DNA of 64,000 bases. It comes from Vitrella brassicaformis CCMP3155 (lineage: Eukaryota; Protista; Chromerida). Positions 1-12,653 of this stretch are shown here, one piece after another; the stretch's first letter is position 1, and the number at the start of each line of letters is the position of its first letter. The notes below the pieces were generated by a model. It had not been told where the DNA came from, ran no database searches, and saw only the letters and a list, made by a program, of their open reading frames with translations. The stretch lies in NCBI GenBank assembly GCA_001179505.1, contig CDMY01000480.1:1-64000 (forward strand). The letters run 5' to 3'. A program made the translations under genes and the position numbers.

Positions 1-668
1 GACTTCGGCTCAGATAGGCAAGAACCAAGTTGCTGCGCCCATGTGCGAAAAGGCCGGTGAGGACCTTTCCTGTAGTTAGCTGAATAGAGGATCTGCTGGG
101 CGGTAAGTCCCAGTAAGAGTGTTTTTACTTTAGTAAGACCGATGGACTGACCAGTCAGTGAAAGTTGTTTCTGTCCATGTATGGCATCATGAAGGGTGGT
201 CAACACAGATCTCACTTCGGTGATGGCTGATAAGATCGTGTCTCCTCAGAATGCTTTCCTTGTCTTTCCTTGTCTTCTTCTCTCTCCACCCGTTACACAG
301 CAATATACCCTAGCTCACAAGCTCGCAGTGGTTCGTCTTGCCAAGCTGGCAATCCTGACAAATGGTCAGTCATCCCGTGCAGACAGACAGAGCCTCACAC
401 ACAGAGGCTGACGGATGCATGTTCACTGCGTCCTTCCTTGCCTTGTGTGCAGATCTGCTTGGCGAGATAGCTGTGAGCGCCTCGGTGCCGCCGATTGTGC
501 GGCTCATCTTGACGCAAGTCAACCAGAGGGTAAGCCAAGCGGGGCGGGTGCATTCACTGCCAGCGAGTGGTTTTGTCTCTGGTTTCTCCCTCTCTGCCAA
601 TGTGGTTGATTGACTGACTGACTGACTGGTTGATTGATTGATCAACAGTCATCCAACTAGTCTTGGTG

Positions 669-3600
669 ATGGATTTCCAGTCGATGCTTCGTCGCGCCAA
701 GGAGGAGGCGCGGCAGGCAAGGGATGGCAAACATGACGGCCTGCCCCTCACGGCAGTGAAGCCGGGCAAGCTCTTCAATCTTTTGCAGACCATGAAGGAC
801 CAGGTGAGCGCGTCGGCGAGGACCACGCCTTGGCTGATGTATTGCCATGTTCTGTGATTGTGTCTGTCTGTCTGTCTGTGTGTTGCAGGGCAGCCGGAAG
901 TCGCTGCTGCTCGTGGATGTGAGGCCGCCGCAGCAGTACAAACAGGGCCACATCAGAGGGGCCAGCAACATGACGAGTAAGTGAGCGGATTCATTCGTGA
1001 ATCCAATCCATTCTGCACAACACACACATGCACATCACACATCTGTCTGTCCACCTGATCCCCCGGCCTGCAGGTGTGAGTGTGGCCTCTGGCACCTTCC
1101 ACCCACCGCGTGGGAGCGACAGCAGCATGCTTAATGACAAAATGACAGTCATCTGCTACAATGAGGACCACACCAAGGCGCACACACCCATGACGTGAGC
1201 ACAGCACACATTAGAGAACGAGCATGCACGCGAGAGGCCCGGCCCCTTGACATGACATGGGTCTGCGTGTGTCTGTCTGTCTGCAGGGATGAGGGGCAGG
1301 CGCAAGTGCTGCAGCTCATCCGGGTGGGTGAGGACGGAAAACACTCATGTGAGTGAAACCCCTGGTGTGTTGTGTGGTTGGTTGATGCAGCGATCGGGTC
1401 ACCTTGTGAAGGAGGTTGGTCTGCTGGAGGGCGGAGTGTGTGCCTTCCGTGAGCTATACCCCTTCCTGTGTCTGTCGTCGGATGAAGAGAAAGACCCACA
1501 CCTCAGGTAGGTGCGTCAGTCAGGGCCCTGACTGACGCAAATGAATGGGCAGATGGGCGAGGCGGGTGGTGTGTTTCGTTTGCATTGCAGTGCCAAGGCC
1601 TACATGCGCTATCCTGTGGAGATCACGCCGCAGCAAATCTATGTGGTCGGTGCAAACACAACACGACACATACGATAAGATAGATACGCACGACGGCATT
1701 CATGGTACCATGCATCCCTCCCCTCCCTCTTGTCTGTGTTGGTTGGTCTTTCTCACTCAGGGCCATCTCTTCCACGGCTGCAACGCCCGCATATTCGAGC
1801 GGCTCCAAATCAAGTGAGTGACGATGGATGGATGGATCCACACAGATACAGCTCTTGTGTCCTGTCTTGGTCTCAGGTCCCTCATCGATTTGACCCCGAA
1901 CGGCATCATGTCGGCGGCCAACGACGGCCAGACGTCCCCCACCACAGCAGCGCCGTCAACAGCAGCCTCATCCCACGCTGCATCCCCCACCTCACCACAC
2001 ACACCAGTACCACCGGCACTCGAGGCACCACCCAACGCACCCCCACTCGCCCTGCCCGAAGCGAGCAACGAGCAACAGGACCCGCAGCAGCAGCAGCAGC
2101 AGCAGGGGGGCGATGGGTCTTCGCTGGACGACATCGACGATGACGTGCAAGTCCAGGGAGGCGAGGGCAATGGCAACGGGGACGGCAATGGGGGCGACGG
2201 CGGGCGGCGGCGGACGTACAACCGGGCTGATGTGCTGGGGCCCGTCGACCTGGACGACTATCACCACATACGTCAGTGAGACATATAGATAGTAAACAGA
2301 CAGACAGACAGACAACTCTTTTCCCCCCTCCCCCCCTTCTATCTCTGTCTCTGTGTGTGTGTATGTGTATGTGTGTCAGCTGTGCACGCCAGCGGGTGGA
2401 CGGGTGGGGGTCTGCAGCAGTGCGTCAGGGTGCTCCAGAAGCTCCTCAAATCCAACAACAACAACAACAACAGTAGTGCATCGGCGGCAGCTGCTGCTGC
2501 AAGCGCGCAAGAGCCAAACAAACTGCCTCTCCTGGTGAGACGGGCCGGATGGGCCGGATAGAAGAGACTGATCTCTTCTGCTGCACCCATCCCATCTTCC
2601 TTTCTGTCTGTCTGTCTGTCTGTCTGTGTGGGTGACTGTTTCGCAGATCTTCGATGTGAGTGGGCAGGACGCTTGTGTGGTGGCCCTGGCAGCGTACTAC
2701 ATCGCGGCGAAGGGATGGCCCGTCACCACCGCACGTGAGGGAGGCGGGCGGGCGGGGGCTCACCTCACCTTTACACCACACACACATTGCCCCTGCTTCG
2801 GCTATTGGAATGGCTGGATGATGCAGTGACGTTTCTGGCCAACAAGCACGGCGACATCGCCCCCTCGCCCGCCAACTGGCAGCAGCTCAACATCTTCACC
2901 GAATACCTCAAACAGGCCCAGGAAAGGCGCAGCGGCAGCACTAGCAGCGACATGGCCGGAGGTGCTGACGATGAAGACCGGATGGACGAGGGGCCAGCCG
3001 AGAGGGGCGAGTCTTCGGCATCTGCAGAGGCGAGAGATGAACATGAGGATGAGGATGAGCAAGATCATGGTGCCGTCGATGGCGGCTTCCTGAGGGCGTT
3101 TTTCGAGAAGTCATGCTCCTCGTTCGGACTTCCAGACAAAGTGAGCGATGGGTGGATGCGCGTAAACAAATACCCTTAACCACCTCCACCACCGCCCAAT
3201 ACCCTGATGTGTTTGTCGGTGTGTTGCAGGGTCTGACACTGAGCCCCCTGAGCAATCCGGTGCGGCTGATCGGCTTGCGTCAGCGAGTTTCGTATCTGTT
3301 CAGTGCGCCCCCAGCAGCAGAAGCGGATGCTGCTGGTGATGACGCTGCTGCTGCAGCCCTGCAGGAGTGCCGACAAGGGTACGACGGCATCTTCGACGCC
3401 ATCCGCATGGTCAGCCGCCACACACACGCGTCACACCTCACCCACCATCCTTGAATGTGTCATGTGTGCAGGGCGGCAGCCTCTCCGCGGCCCAGTGGAG
3501 GTTCCTCTCGTCAGAGTACCACCGATGCATCACGCCCTCCCCTCCTCCCTCCCTCCCCTCTCCCCCACTGCCGGTGCTGGTGGAGGTCCTCTTATCCGCT

Positions 3601-4684
3601 CTAGACACGTGGCAGCCCATCTCGCTGCAGCAGGCACTGGAGAACCCCTTCATCGGCCAGCCAGACGCCCTGCTCATGCACACCATCAGCGAGACCGACG
3701 CCGGCCGGTGGGTCGCCGCCAACGCCCTCAATGCGCTGCGGCACGTGTCTGCGGTGGATGAGACATCGGCCAATCGCCGCCAGTGGACGGTCAACATCAG
3801 CGACGGAGACGGAGATGAGAGTGCGGCCAAGCTGAGGTCATTCCGCATCGACATGTGCGATAAGGCGGTAGGCAGTGTGGTGTCGAGAGGGATGCGGGAG
3901 GGTCGGGAGGGCGAGAAGGCGGCTGTCCTTCTCAATGCGGTGCTGCTCACGAGCGACGCCAGCCCCGGCAAGGCCACGAATGGGCGGCTGAGCGAGCAGG
4001 AGACCCAGCTGGCGTGGGGGGTGTTCAGGGCCCTTGTCGATCTGGTCATGACCATATACCAGGTACGCTACGCCGAACAGACAGGGCAAGGCAAGAGAAC
4101 CAGAGCAGTTAGTTAAAGTGCATACATACCATACCCTTGTGTGTGGATGTGTGTGCACAGAGTCACGACCCCACAGTGCGTGACGATCGCTGTGTGTCGT
4201 TATACCGCCCTGCCCTGGCCGCCCTCTACTGCGGGTTCATCCAGCCCTCCGCACCCCAGCAAAGGAGGCAGTGCATCTTCGCCGCCAATCGGACCGAGTT
4301 CATCGAAGCGGCCAAGCAGAACGGACACCTGCGAGACGTGAGCAGGCCAAGGGCCGCATCCATGATGGATGCACACACATGGTCATGCCGTGTGTGTGTA
4401 TGTGTGTTCGGATGCGTGTGTTGTGTTCAGGCGATATCGATGTTGTGTGAGGTGTGGTTCGAGCGCTACCCCTCTGACCTCAATGACCTGGCCAGAGGTG
4501 GGTCAGATACACACAAGCATCCAGACAGACAGACGAGACAGCCATGGGAGCGCACAGTTATCTGCCTGTGTGTGTGTGCCCAGGTATTGTGTCGGTGAGT
4601 GAAGATGATGGGCTGCCCGTGCTGGTCACAGACATTGTGCGGCCTTTGGCCTTCCTCATTGGGGCCATCAATCAGCCCTCATAG
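669..4684 (+). CDS. STYXL1: Rhodanese + dual-specificity-phosphatase-like pseudophosphatase (STYXL1/MK-STYX-like) with long C-terminal extension; multi-exon
   Basis: Rhodanese N-terminus AVKPGKLFNLLQ..SLLLVDVRPPQQYKQGHIRGA and VGLLEGGVCAFRELYPFLC. DSP entry YPVEITPQQIYV. Degenerate active-site loop LLIFDVSGQDACVVALAAYY. Closing helix ALTFLANKHGDIAPSPANWQQL. Exons checked through the DSP domain join in phase at GT-AG; stop TAG 4682-4684. The start ATG (669) is inferred. Confidence 0.7.
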
Positions 4685-4917
4685 ATAGGTAGACCTGACT
4701 CGGTGGGTGTCCCCTTACTGTGCATACTGACTGACTGCATGACTACATCCACCGTGAGTGACACTGCCTGCATTCTTTGTCAAATTCTTGAAAGAAGCTT
4801 GTTTTGTGAAGGTCCCTGACGATTTAAATGTCAGATGTGCACGTCTGTCCAGCTCAACTGCAGTGCGATGGATGTGTTTGACGCGCTCTAACTCGAAGAT
4901 CTGCAGCGGCCTTCGTA

Positions 4918-5551
4918 ATGGCGATAGACGTGGACCGGCTGAACATGATGAGTGCCGATGAGGCGCGGGAGGCCTTCCTGCAGTGCTGCCACTCATCGCG
5001 ATGGGCCATCAGGATGGAAACACTCAGGCCATTCGCGTAAGCAACGGAACGCACCACACCAGACATAACACATCACCGCTCACTGCCGCACCGCACCCCT
5101 GCGTGTGTATCTGTGCACTCTGTGTGTGTGTCCGAGCTTTCTTCTCAGTTCGCTGGATGAGCTGGAGGCGGCAGCAGACCGCATCTGGGACAATCTGTCA
5201 GAGCCAGACTGGCTGGAGGCCTTCAGAGGCCACCCAAAGATAGGCGACGTGGACCAGCTCCGGCAGAAATTCGCCGCAACCGCCGCCATGTGCGAGAACG
5301 AGCAGGCCGGGGCGAGATCTGCCTCTGAGGCCGTGTTGCGGCGACTAAAGGAGGGCAACGATCAGTACCAGGGTCAGAACGGGTTCATCTTCATCGTCTG
5401 TGCGACGGGCAAGTCGGCGGGCGAGATGCTGGCTTTGCTGGAGGAGCGGCTCAAGAACAACCGGCGGGTGGAGTTGGCGAATGCCTGTGCGGAGCAGGCC
5501 AAGATCACCAAGCTGCGGCTGAGGAAAGTGTGCACCAAGGCCAGCCTGTGA
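4918..5551 (+). CDS. uraD: OHCU decarboxylase (urate degradation); 2 exons, 4918-5036 and 5149-5551
   Basis: MAIDVDRLNMMSADEAREAFLQCCHSSRWA..RPFA|SLDEL..WLEAFRGHPKIG..EQAG..LKEGNDQYQGQNGFIFIVCATGKS..EQAKITKLRL. The phase-2 intron joins in frame (gc|t = Ala). Confidence 0.92.
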
Positions 5552-6112
5552 TTATGGTTTTGTGTGTGTCGTGTGGGGGGGGTCGTCTCGTGGACGTGAC
5601 GTTGTTGTGTGACGTGTGATGTGTTGGCTTTATCCGAGATGAGCATGGTAGGGTGGTTGGATACATAATGGAGGGAGCTGTTACGAGAGTGTCATTGTTC
5701 TGTGATTGTCACTACAAAGGGGGTGGGGGGCTTACGTGCAGTTGGCTTACTGACTCACCGGTGGGTGACCCATCGAGTTGCGGTCAACCAAGTGCATCCA
5801 TCACGATGGTATGTATTGATTGAGTGCCGAGTGTGCGCTGCGCATCCGCATCTGTCGGTCGGTCGGTCCCTCCCTCGCTGGGCTGGGTGCATCCAATCCA
5901 TCTATCCATCCACATCTGTCTGTCTGTCTGTCCACGTCCGCCCATCCGTTCCTTCCATCAACCACCGGTGACGGACCCACACGGGCGAAAAACAAATAAC
6001 AGGCAGGCGACATCCATCCACCCACCCACACCCACCCACACGGCTGGGCTCGACGCCATCCGTCTCGTCTTCATCTCTGCCGCCCGTCCGCCCGTCCGTC
6101 GTTCATCTCATC

Positions 6113-9100
6113 TCATCTGGTGGGGGGGTATTGCGTCGTGTAGGGGTTGACGTATGCGTCGTACGACCGGTCGCGCAGAGTGGCGCCACCACCTCCGGCA
6201 CCAGCACCAGCACCCGACCGGTGCAGAGCGCGATGGAGACGCCTTTCCAGGCCCCTGGCGATCTGTGAACACACACAGACACGCACATCATGTGGTCGTG
6301 TGCGTCGTGGGGGGAACATTTCTTTGCAAACGCCGACGTGAGTGAGTAACCTGTTTCATTTGTGCGTTGAGGAGTGTCTGGTTGTTCTCTGCCCGAATGG
6401 CGCTGGTGTTGTCGTCATGCTGCCGCGCGCGGCGTGCCGCGACATCCCATTCCTCCATCTCCTTGTTCCACCGCTGCAGACTCGACAGCTCTAAACGGCC
6501 GGCCACACACACAGACAGGGGTGAGGGAGGGGTGAGCGATGGGGAACAGCGGTGCTCGCCTCGCCTCGCCTCGCCTCGCCTCGCCTCGCCCACCTGCCTC
6601 TACAAGCTCCCTCATGCGCTGTTCGTAGCCGTCCCGATCCATCAGCTGCCGCTGCAACCTGCACATGGTTAACCATATATAGCCTGTCTGGTCCGTTTGT
6701 GTCTCGCTGTGCCGGTCTGGTGCGGTGCCGACCTGGCGATTTTGCCCTCGTATTTGGCCCTGAGTTTCTCGAATCGCTCGGCCACGCGGCCGTCGACCAG
6801 CTTGGCGTAGTTCTCCTCCCTCTCGCGCTCGGCCACTTCCACACGCTGATGCATTCACAGACGCAACACACACAGAAGAGATGGGCATATGGGGTGCAGC
6901 GGCCCTCCAGCAGCCTGTCCTGCCCTGCCCTGCTCACCTTGAGCTCCTCCCGGATGCGCACGAGGTCGGCCGTCTCCTAAATGAATCAAACAGAGGTGAA
7001 TCATGGATGGATGGATGGATGGATGCGGCTGCATGTCATGTCGTCTCTCGTCCGATCTGCCTGCCTGCCTGCCTGTGTGTTGTGTGTTTGTGTGCCCTCT
7101 GGACCTTTTTGAGTTCTGCAATGGTGGCGTCCTTGCTCCTGGCGAGCTTCTGCAACTTGTAGCACGTCCCCTCCAGGTCCTGCATACACACACACACACA
7201 CACACCTCTTGCATTGCAATGGCCCCCACCTCCTGTCTGTGTCCTCCCCCATCCATCCAGCCAGCCAGCCAGCCATCCAGCCAGCGACCCATACATACTC
7301 GTCTGTGGTGGTCGAGGTCGAGTTTTTCGCGCATGAGCCGCTGTTTGTCGTCCTCCAGCTGGACGGCTCGGGTGGCGGCCGTCTTCATCTCCGCCAACCT
7401 GTTGGAACTCTCCAGCAACTCTCGCTCCAGACGGATGCGGCCATTGACGGCGTCCTGACACGCGCACACACACATACACACACAAGACAATCCACCCATC
7501 CCGAGGCATGCCATCTCTGTCCTGTCCATGTGTGTGTATGCGTGTGTGTACCTGCAGGCTGGCCGTGAGCCGCTCCCGGTCCAGTTCAAGCTGTCTACGC
7601 GCCTCGTCAGACTCCTGAACGAAGGAAACTTTGAATGATGTGAACACGACACTGCTGCCTGCCTGCCTGCCTGCCTGCCTTTGCCCTGTGTGTGGTTAAG
7701 GTACCTACCTGCAGCTGTTTGAGCGTGTAGCGGAGGTCGGCGTTCTCGCGGGTCAGTGTCACCAGCCGCTCATGCGCCTGTCGTGTCAGTGGGCGGACAT
7801 ATCAACAGGGAGGCACATCCAGCTGGCAACACACATATAGATGAGCTCACTGAGCTTCAGTCATCTCACCTGCGATCGTTCCGTCCGCAGTGTCTGGATA
7901 TTCTGTTGGTAGACCTCACACTTGGCGCGGAACTCGGCCGCCTCCTCATACTGCGCCCGCACCCCACCCAGCTCCTCCTGCAACACAAATGCCATCGATG
8001 CATCCATCGAGGACCAACATACGTAGATGAGTGTCGTCCATAACGTGACATGACAGAGACCGACCTTGACAGCAGTGAGCTGGGTGTCGGCGGTCCTGAG
8101 GCGCTCCAGCTCGGCCTGTGCCTCCTCGAGCGAGCCCCGGACCTCTGTCAGCTCGGTGTGGGTGGTCTCTAGGCGCGTCGCAGTGGTCTGCAGAGCCTCC
8201 TCGAGCTGGGTCCTACACACACATACACTCGAGGTGAAAGGGAGGGTGGTGCATGTGGTCTGCAGAAAGCCAGACCGACCTACCTGGCCTCCCTCTCGTC
8301 GAGGAGTTCCTGCTCTATGGCCCCGATCTGGGTGTCCTTCTCCTCAAGCGCCAGCTGGTGATCACGAGCCAAGGTGTCCTTGAAGCTCTCAAGCCGAGTC
8401 GTTGCTGCCGCCTCCTGCTCCTGCACTCACTCACACCACACACACACACATGGATCCCTTGAGCAGACAGGACAGGCTCATTTCTCGCGTCCCCGCGCAG
8501 CCCGCCCCGCGTACGTTGACTTGGGTGTCCTTTTCCTGCAGCCGCTGCTGGAGGTGAGTGCTCTCGGTGGACAGCTCACTGAGGCGGTTCTCGAGGTCTG
8601 TGATGGCAGAGTCCTTGGCTGCGATGGCCTCCTCCTTGGCAGCGATGTCGTCACGGCACTTCTGTAGCTCCTCCCGCACGTCAGCAAGACCGTCCAGCTC
8701 CTCCTCGGCCGCTCGCTGCAGCTCATCCATCTCGTGCTCTGCAAAACCGTGAGTGACAACATACATCAACCACAAAGGCAGCAAGGAAGGGATGGATGGG
8801 AGATGGAGGCACTGATAGGATAGCATCGAATCGATGTGCGGAACGGACCGAGCTCTCTGGTGCGTTCCTCAAGCTTGGCGATGGTGTCGTCCTTCTCGGC
8901 CAGCTGTGCCTGGTCGCTGTCGAGGGCCTCGGCAGCCCGTGTGAGCTCCCTCTCATACTCCTCCTTCTGCTCCTCCAGCTCCTCTACACGCCGCCTCTGA
9001 CCACACAATTAAGTCAGATCACACACCCCCACAAGACAACGAAACACCCAAACAACACAACACACCAATTCACTCACTGCAAACCTGCAGAGGGATGAGT

Positions 9101-9313
9101 GTCCTGTTCGCTTCTTCTCCTCTGCCATTTCATTCATCATGTGGTAAGTGGCTTTACCTCTTCATCGAGTTCTTCCCTGAGCTCCTCGACGGCCTCCCTG
9201 ACGCGCATCAGGAAGGCCTGGCTGTTGGGGTCCAGCTCCTCGCCGCCCTCGCCCGTCTGCGTCAGCTGAGCCATGTCCATCCCTGCGATGATGCTGCTGC
9301 GACGGCCTGACAT
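6113..9313 (-). CDS. Long coiled-coil protein of unknown function; more than 10 exons
   Basis: Successive exons encode E/Q/K/R/L-rich heptads (EMDELQRAAEEELDGLADVREELQKCRDDI; LEEALQTTATRLETTHTELTEVRGSLEEAQAELERLR). ATG at 9313 (MSGRRSSIIAG); stop at 6113. Confidence 0.7.
6557..6589 (+). repeat. (TCGCC)n pentanucleotide microsatellite in an intron; one example of the window-wide intronic microsatellites
   Basis: tcgcctcgcctcgcc run. (GT)n, (CTGT)n, (GATG)n and (GCCT)n tracts occur in many introns. Confidence 0.95.
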
Positions 9314-9673
9314 GACGATGGATGCCGCCAAAGGAAAGGAGGAGTCCCGATATACAACACCAAGACGATGACCTGACGCCTCGATGGAGGCCGCTCGCAA
9401 GTGAAGGCGACGAAAGTCACTGAAAATGGAACGAGAGCAACGACGGAGCTAGCGCGTCTATCGTTCAGAAGGTCCTGCCAGGGCAGATACTGAGACAATC
9501 TGGTGGGCGACCGGGGGCTGAAATAACGAGCGAGAAGCGCCTCTCCTTCTTTCCCCGTCCGCGCGGCATTTGTGGTCAGATACCGGAGGTGAGAAGATCT
9601 GGAATCCATCTGTCGCATCTCGCCTTCAAAATCACCACCCTTGTTGACGTTTTCCATCTGATCAGACGCCGCG

Positions 9674-11667
9674 ATGGTCTGCCGCGCTGCTGCTCTTCTT
9701 ATCCTTTGCGGATGGGCGTGTGGGTGCTGGGCCCAGCTGCAGCCCCGTGGACTCCAAGTAGATAATGGCATCGAAAACGCCCCAAAAGTATCCGGTGGTG
9801 AGTGGGCTGGCTGGGGTGGCAAAAGGGCGATGCGATGATGCTGAGAAATGCCTTTCTGGTCTGTTTCCCCATCTCAGCGACAGTTGAAGATGTGTTGAAC
9901 CTCACCGAAGCCCTCCAGCCCTTCGCAGCCGGCGATTCCCTCCAGGCCATCTCCGTCACCGACCGGTTCCTGGTCATCCCTCCACAGCCGTCCAGCACCA
10001 GCCCCCCGTCACTCAGCGCATCGCAGCCCAGCAACAACCCGCTGGTGCACGACGCCCCTGTGCTCGTCTTTCGTGCCACAACGGCTCCCGAGAAACAAGA
10101 GCTCTTCATCGTGGGCTTGGCCGACAAGCCTCAGCTGAAGCGTCTTGAGCTGCCCGCGTCAATCACGCCGGCCGACTCGGACAAGGACCTGGACTTTGTG
10201 ACGATGCCCGGCGACGCCAAGACGGGCGCGTTGCTCGATGGGAGATACTACACGGTTGCCGAGTACACCGACAAGTCACTGGTGCTCTTTGGCGTGGAGC
10301 TGGACAGCCGCGGGGGTGCCCTTGCCACCCCGATGGGCGTCATTGGGACGGCCGACACGGCCAGCCACGAGCTGGCGGTGTTCGACGGCAAACTGTGGGT
10401 ATATGGGGAGCGCGCGTCGTCCACAGGCGTGTTCATCATCAGCCCTCCCCCGCTGCCGCGTCGCCTCACTCCCTGGCTGATGGACACCGACACATCAGCG
10501 GTCGGCACACTGCAGCTGCGCGACGGCAGCTCCCTCCCGCGGTCACCTGCGTGGCGGCCCCTGACCTTCATCAATGGCCAGTTCTACTTCGTGGCCGGGA
10601 GGGGTGACATGTTCATCGCCGAGAAGATGCGCAACGGCATCGACGGGCGTGACGGGAGGGAGATCGAGATGACCGAGGGCATCACCAACGCCAACGCACA
10701 TCTGCTCAGACAGCGGGAGGGCGGCAGGGACACCTACCAGGCCGTCCGGATGAGCGCATCGGCTCGTGGGCTGCTTGACCAGGAGGCCGGGGTGCGTGTG
10801 ACAGCCAATCGGACCAACGGAGCGTTCGCTGTGTGGACGGGACGACTGTGTTTTGCTGGTGCGGCGGGAGATGGAACTGCGGGTATTCTCTGCTACAATC
10901 CCCGGGATGACGACGTGCGACTCATGCCCGACCAGAAGAGACGCAACCAGGTAATACCTACTGGACGGAATCAGACAACAACTCAATAGTTGTTCCCATT
11001 GCGTGCGGTTCATGCGACAGGTGGGTGTCGCGATGCCCTCTAAGCCGCTCGCCTTCACTGTGGTCCATGACGCGATCGCGAGGCAGCCCGTCATATACTT
11101 CAGGTATGTATGTATCCAAACACACACACTGCCAAACGGCGCCTTCTCTGTCGCCCCCCCGTCCGTCCATACGCAGTGCGCTCGTTGCTGTGTTTGTGTT
11201 TTCGCAGTGCGGTTGAGAAGGATTCCCCGCACTCGGGCAGGAAACTCTTCTACTTCGACGGCGAGGCCATCCATCCGGTGGCCGTCCCCCCATCCAGCAT
11301 GACATCGGCCGCCACCCAGCCCCTCACCCCCGTGCACCCACAGACAGCAGCCACACCAGCCGACACGCCGGCAGCCACCAACCTGCGAGGAGGCGACACA
11401 TCGGTGGCCCTGAAGGCCCCGGCCCCAACGAGTGGGGAAGACCAGCCGGGGCGTGTACTGTTTGGGGGGCAGCATCCGAAGCTGGGGACGACCATCTATG
11501 AGATGGAGATTTGGGGCAAGGGCAGGGAGGAGCGGGTCATCAAGCCGATCGACGTCAGCGGCAGCGAGCCGAGAGGCTATGGGAGCCTCGGCACGTCGGC
11601 ACTGTATGTGGCGGTAGAGCGGGATGGGCACCTGGTGCTCGTCAAGGTGACGCCCACCGAGGGCTGA
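9674..11667 (+). CDS. Secreted beta-propeller-like protein with divergent ELWxxDGT-like repeats; 4 exons
   Basis: Exon 1 (9674-9797) encodes the signal peptide MVCRAAALLILCGWACGCWA and splices in phase 1 to 9878. Blade-like motifs include GQFYFVAG, GRLCFAGAAGDG and VIKPIDVSGSEPRGYGSLGTSALYVAV. Confidence 0.6.
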
Positions 11668-12653
11668 TCGATGGATGGATGGATAGCATAGCTTAGCTGT
11701 ACGTTATAGATCCAATCAATGTCCGGCCGGTAGATCGATAGGCGAGGGAGGGAGGAACAGACAGACAGACAGACGTCTGCGAGTTTTCCGGTTCGTTCTC
11801 TCTTTTTCTGTGTGTAGAAAGATACATGTCATGTAGAATCGGGTGGGCGCAATTCATTCGGGGGGTTTGGCTGTTTTGTTTGCTGCTTTGCTTACCATGT
11901 GGCTGGCCCCAATTGAGCTAAGTGACGGCGATTTAAGTAGCTGCGAGAAAAAAATGTCGTGTCGTGACTCGTGACTAGACACACACACATACAATTGGCA
12001 AGACACGCACACACACACAGTGAGACGGTGTCCACACACCTGTGTGCGGGCGGACAGATAAACAGTTATGGTTTGTCCGACGCCGACAAATGTTATTCAT
12101 TATACATACAGTCCTTACACTCAATGCAATGCTTTTGTTCCCTATATATCATATGTGATGGGACTCATCCATCAGCCATCCCCCTGTCTGTCCGTCCGTC
12201 TGTCTGTCTGTCTGTCTGTGTGTGGCCGCACACACTACCACTCACCAGAGATGGATGGATGGATGGCAGACAGCCAGCAGCGAGAACAAGCGTCCGAAAA
12301 TGCATGACTTCTTCGCCCACAACGAAAACGAGAGATCGAAACCCACAGTGCAAACGTCAAGGCGATGGCCTCACAACGAACCATTCACAGGCCTCACAAC
12401 GAACCATGTTCGCCTCCTTGGTCCGGGGCCCCATATTTCAATGCGAGCTCAAGCAGATCTGCAAACGATCCGCTCTCTTCGCCGGCTCATGCACTGGTGA
12501 CCAGGTGGTTCATGAGGATCGATAGGCGTCACAACAACAACAAAACGCCGTAGATCTGGTTCCTTGGATCTTCACTCCCACCCATCTCTTCACGTGGATC
12601 CACCGCTACTCGTGGACGTCGGTTCTGTCGGTTCCTTCTGTCGGCAGTGACTA

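Noticed and set aside
280-660. Upstream coding exons extending gene 1
   Set aside because: Splice sites exist, but the phases could not be joined without stops. Similarity to STYXL1 begins only after ATG 669, so they are treated as 5' UTR.
12367-12407. 18-nt direct repeat (ggcctcacaacgaaccat x2, period 23) upstream of the M3 peptidase
   Set aside because: Only two copies with a 5-nt spacer in intergenic DNA; consistent with local slippage and not an array.
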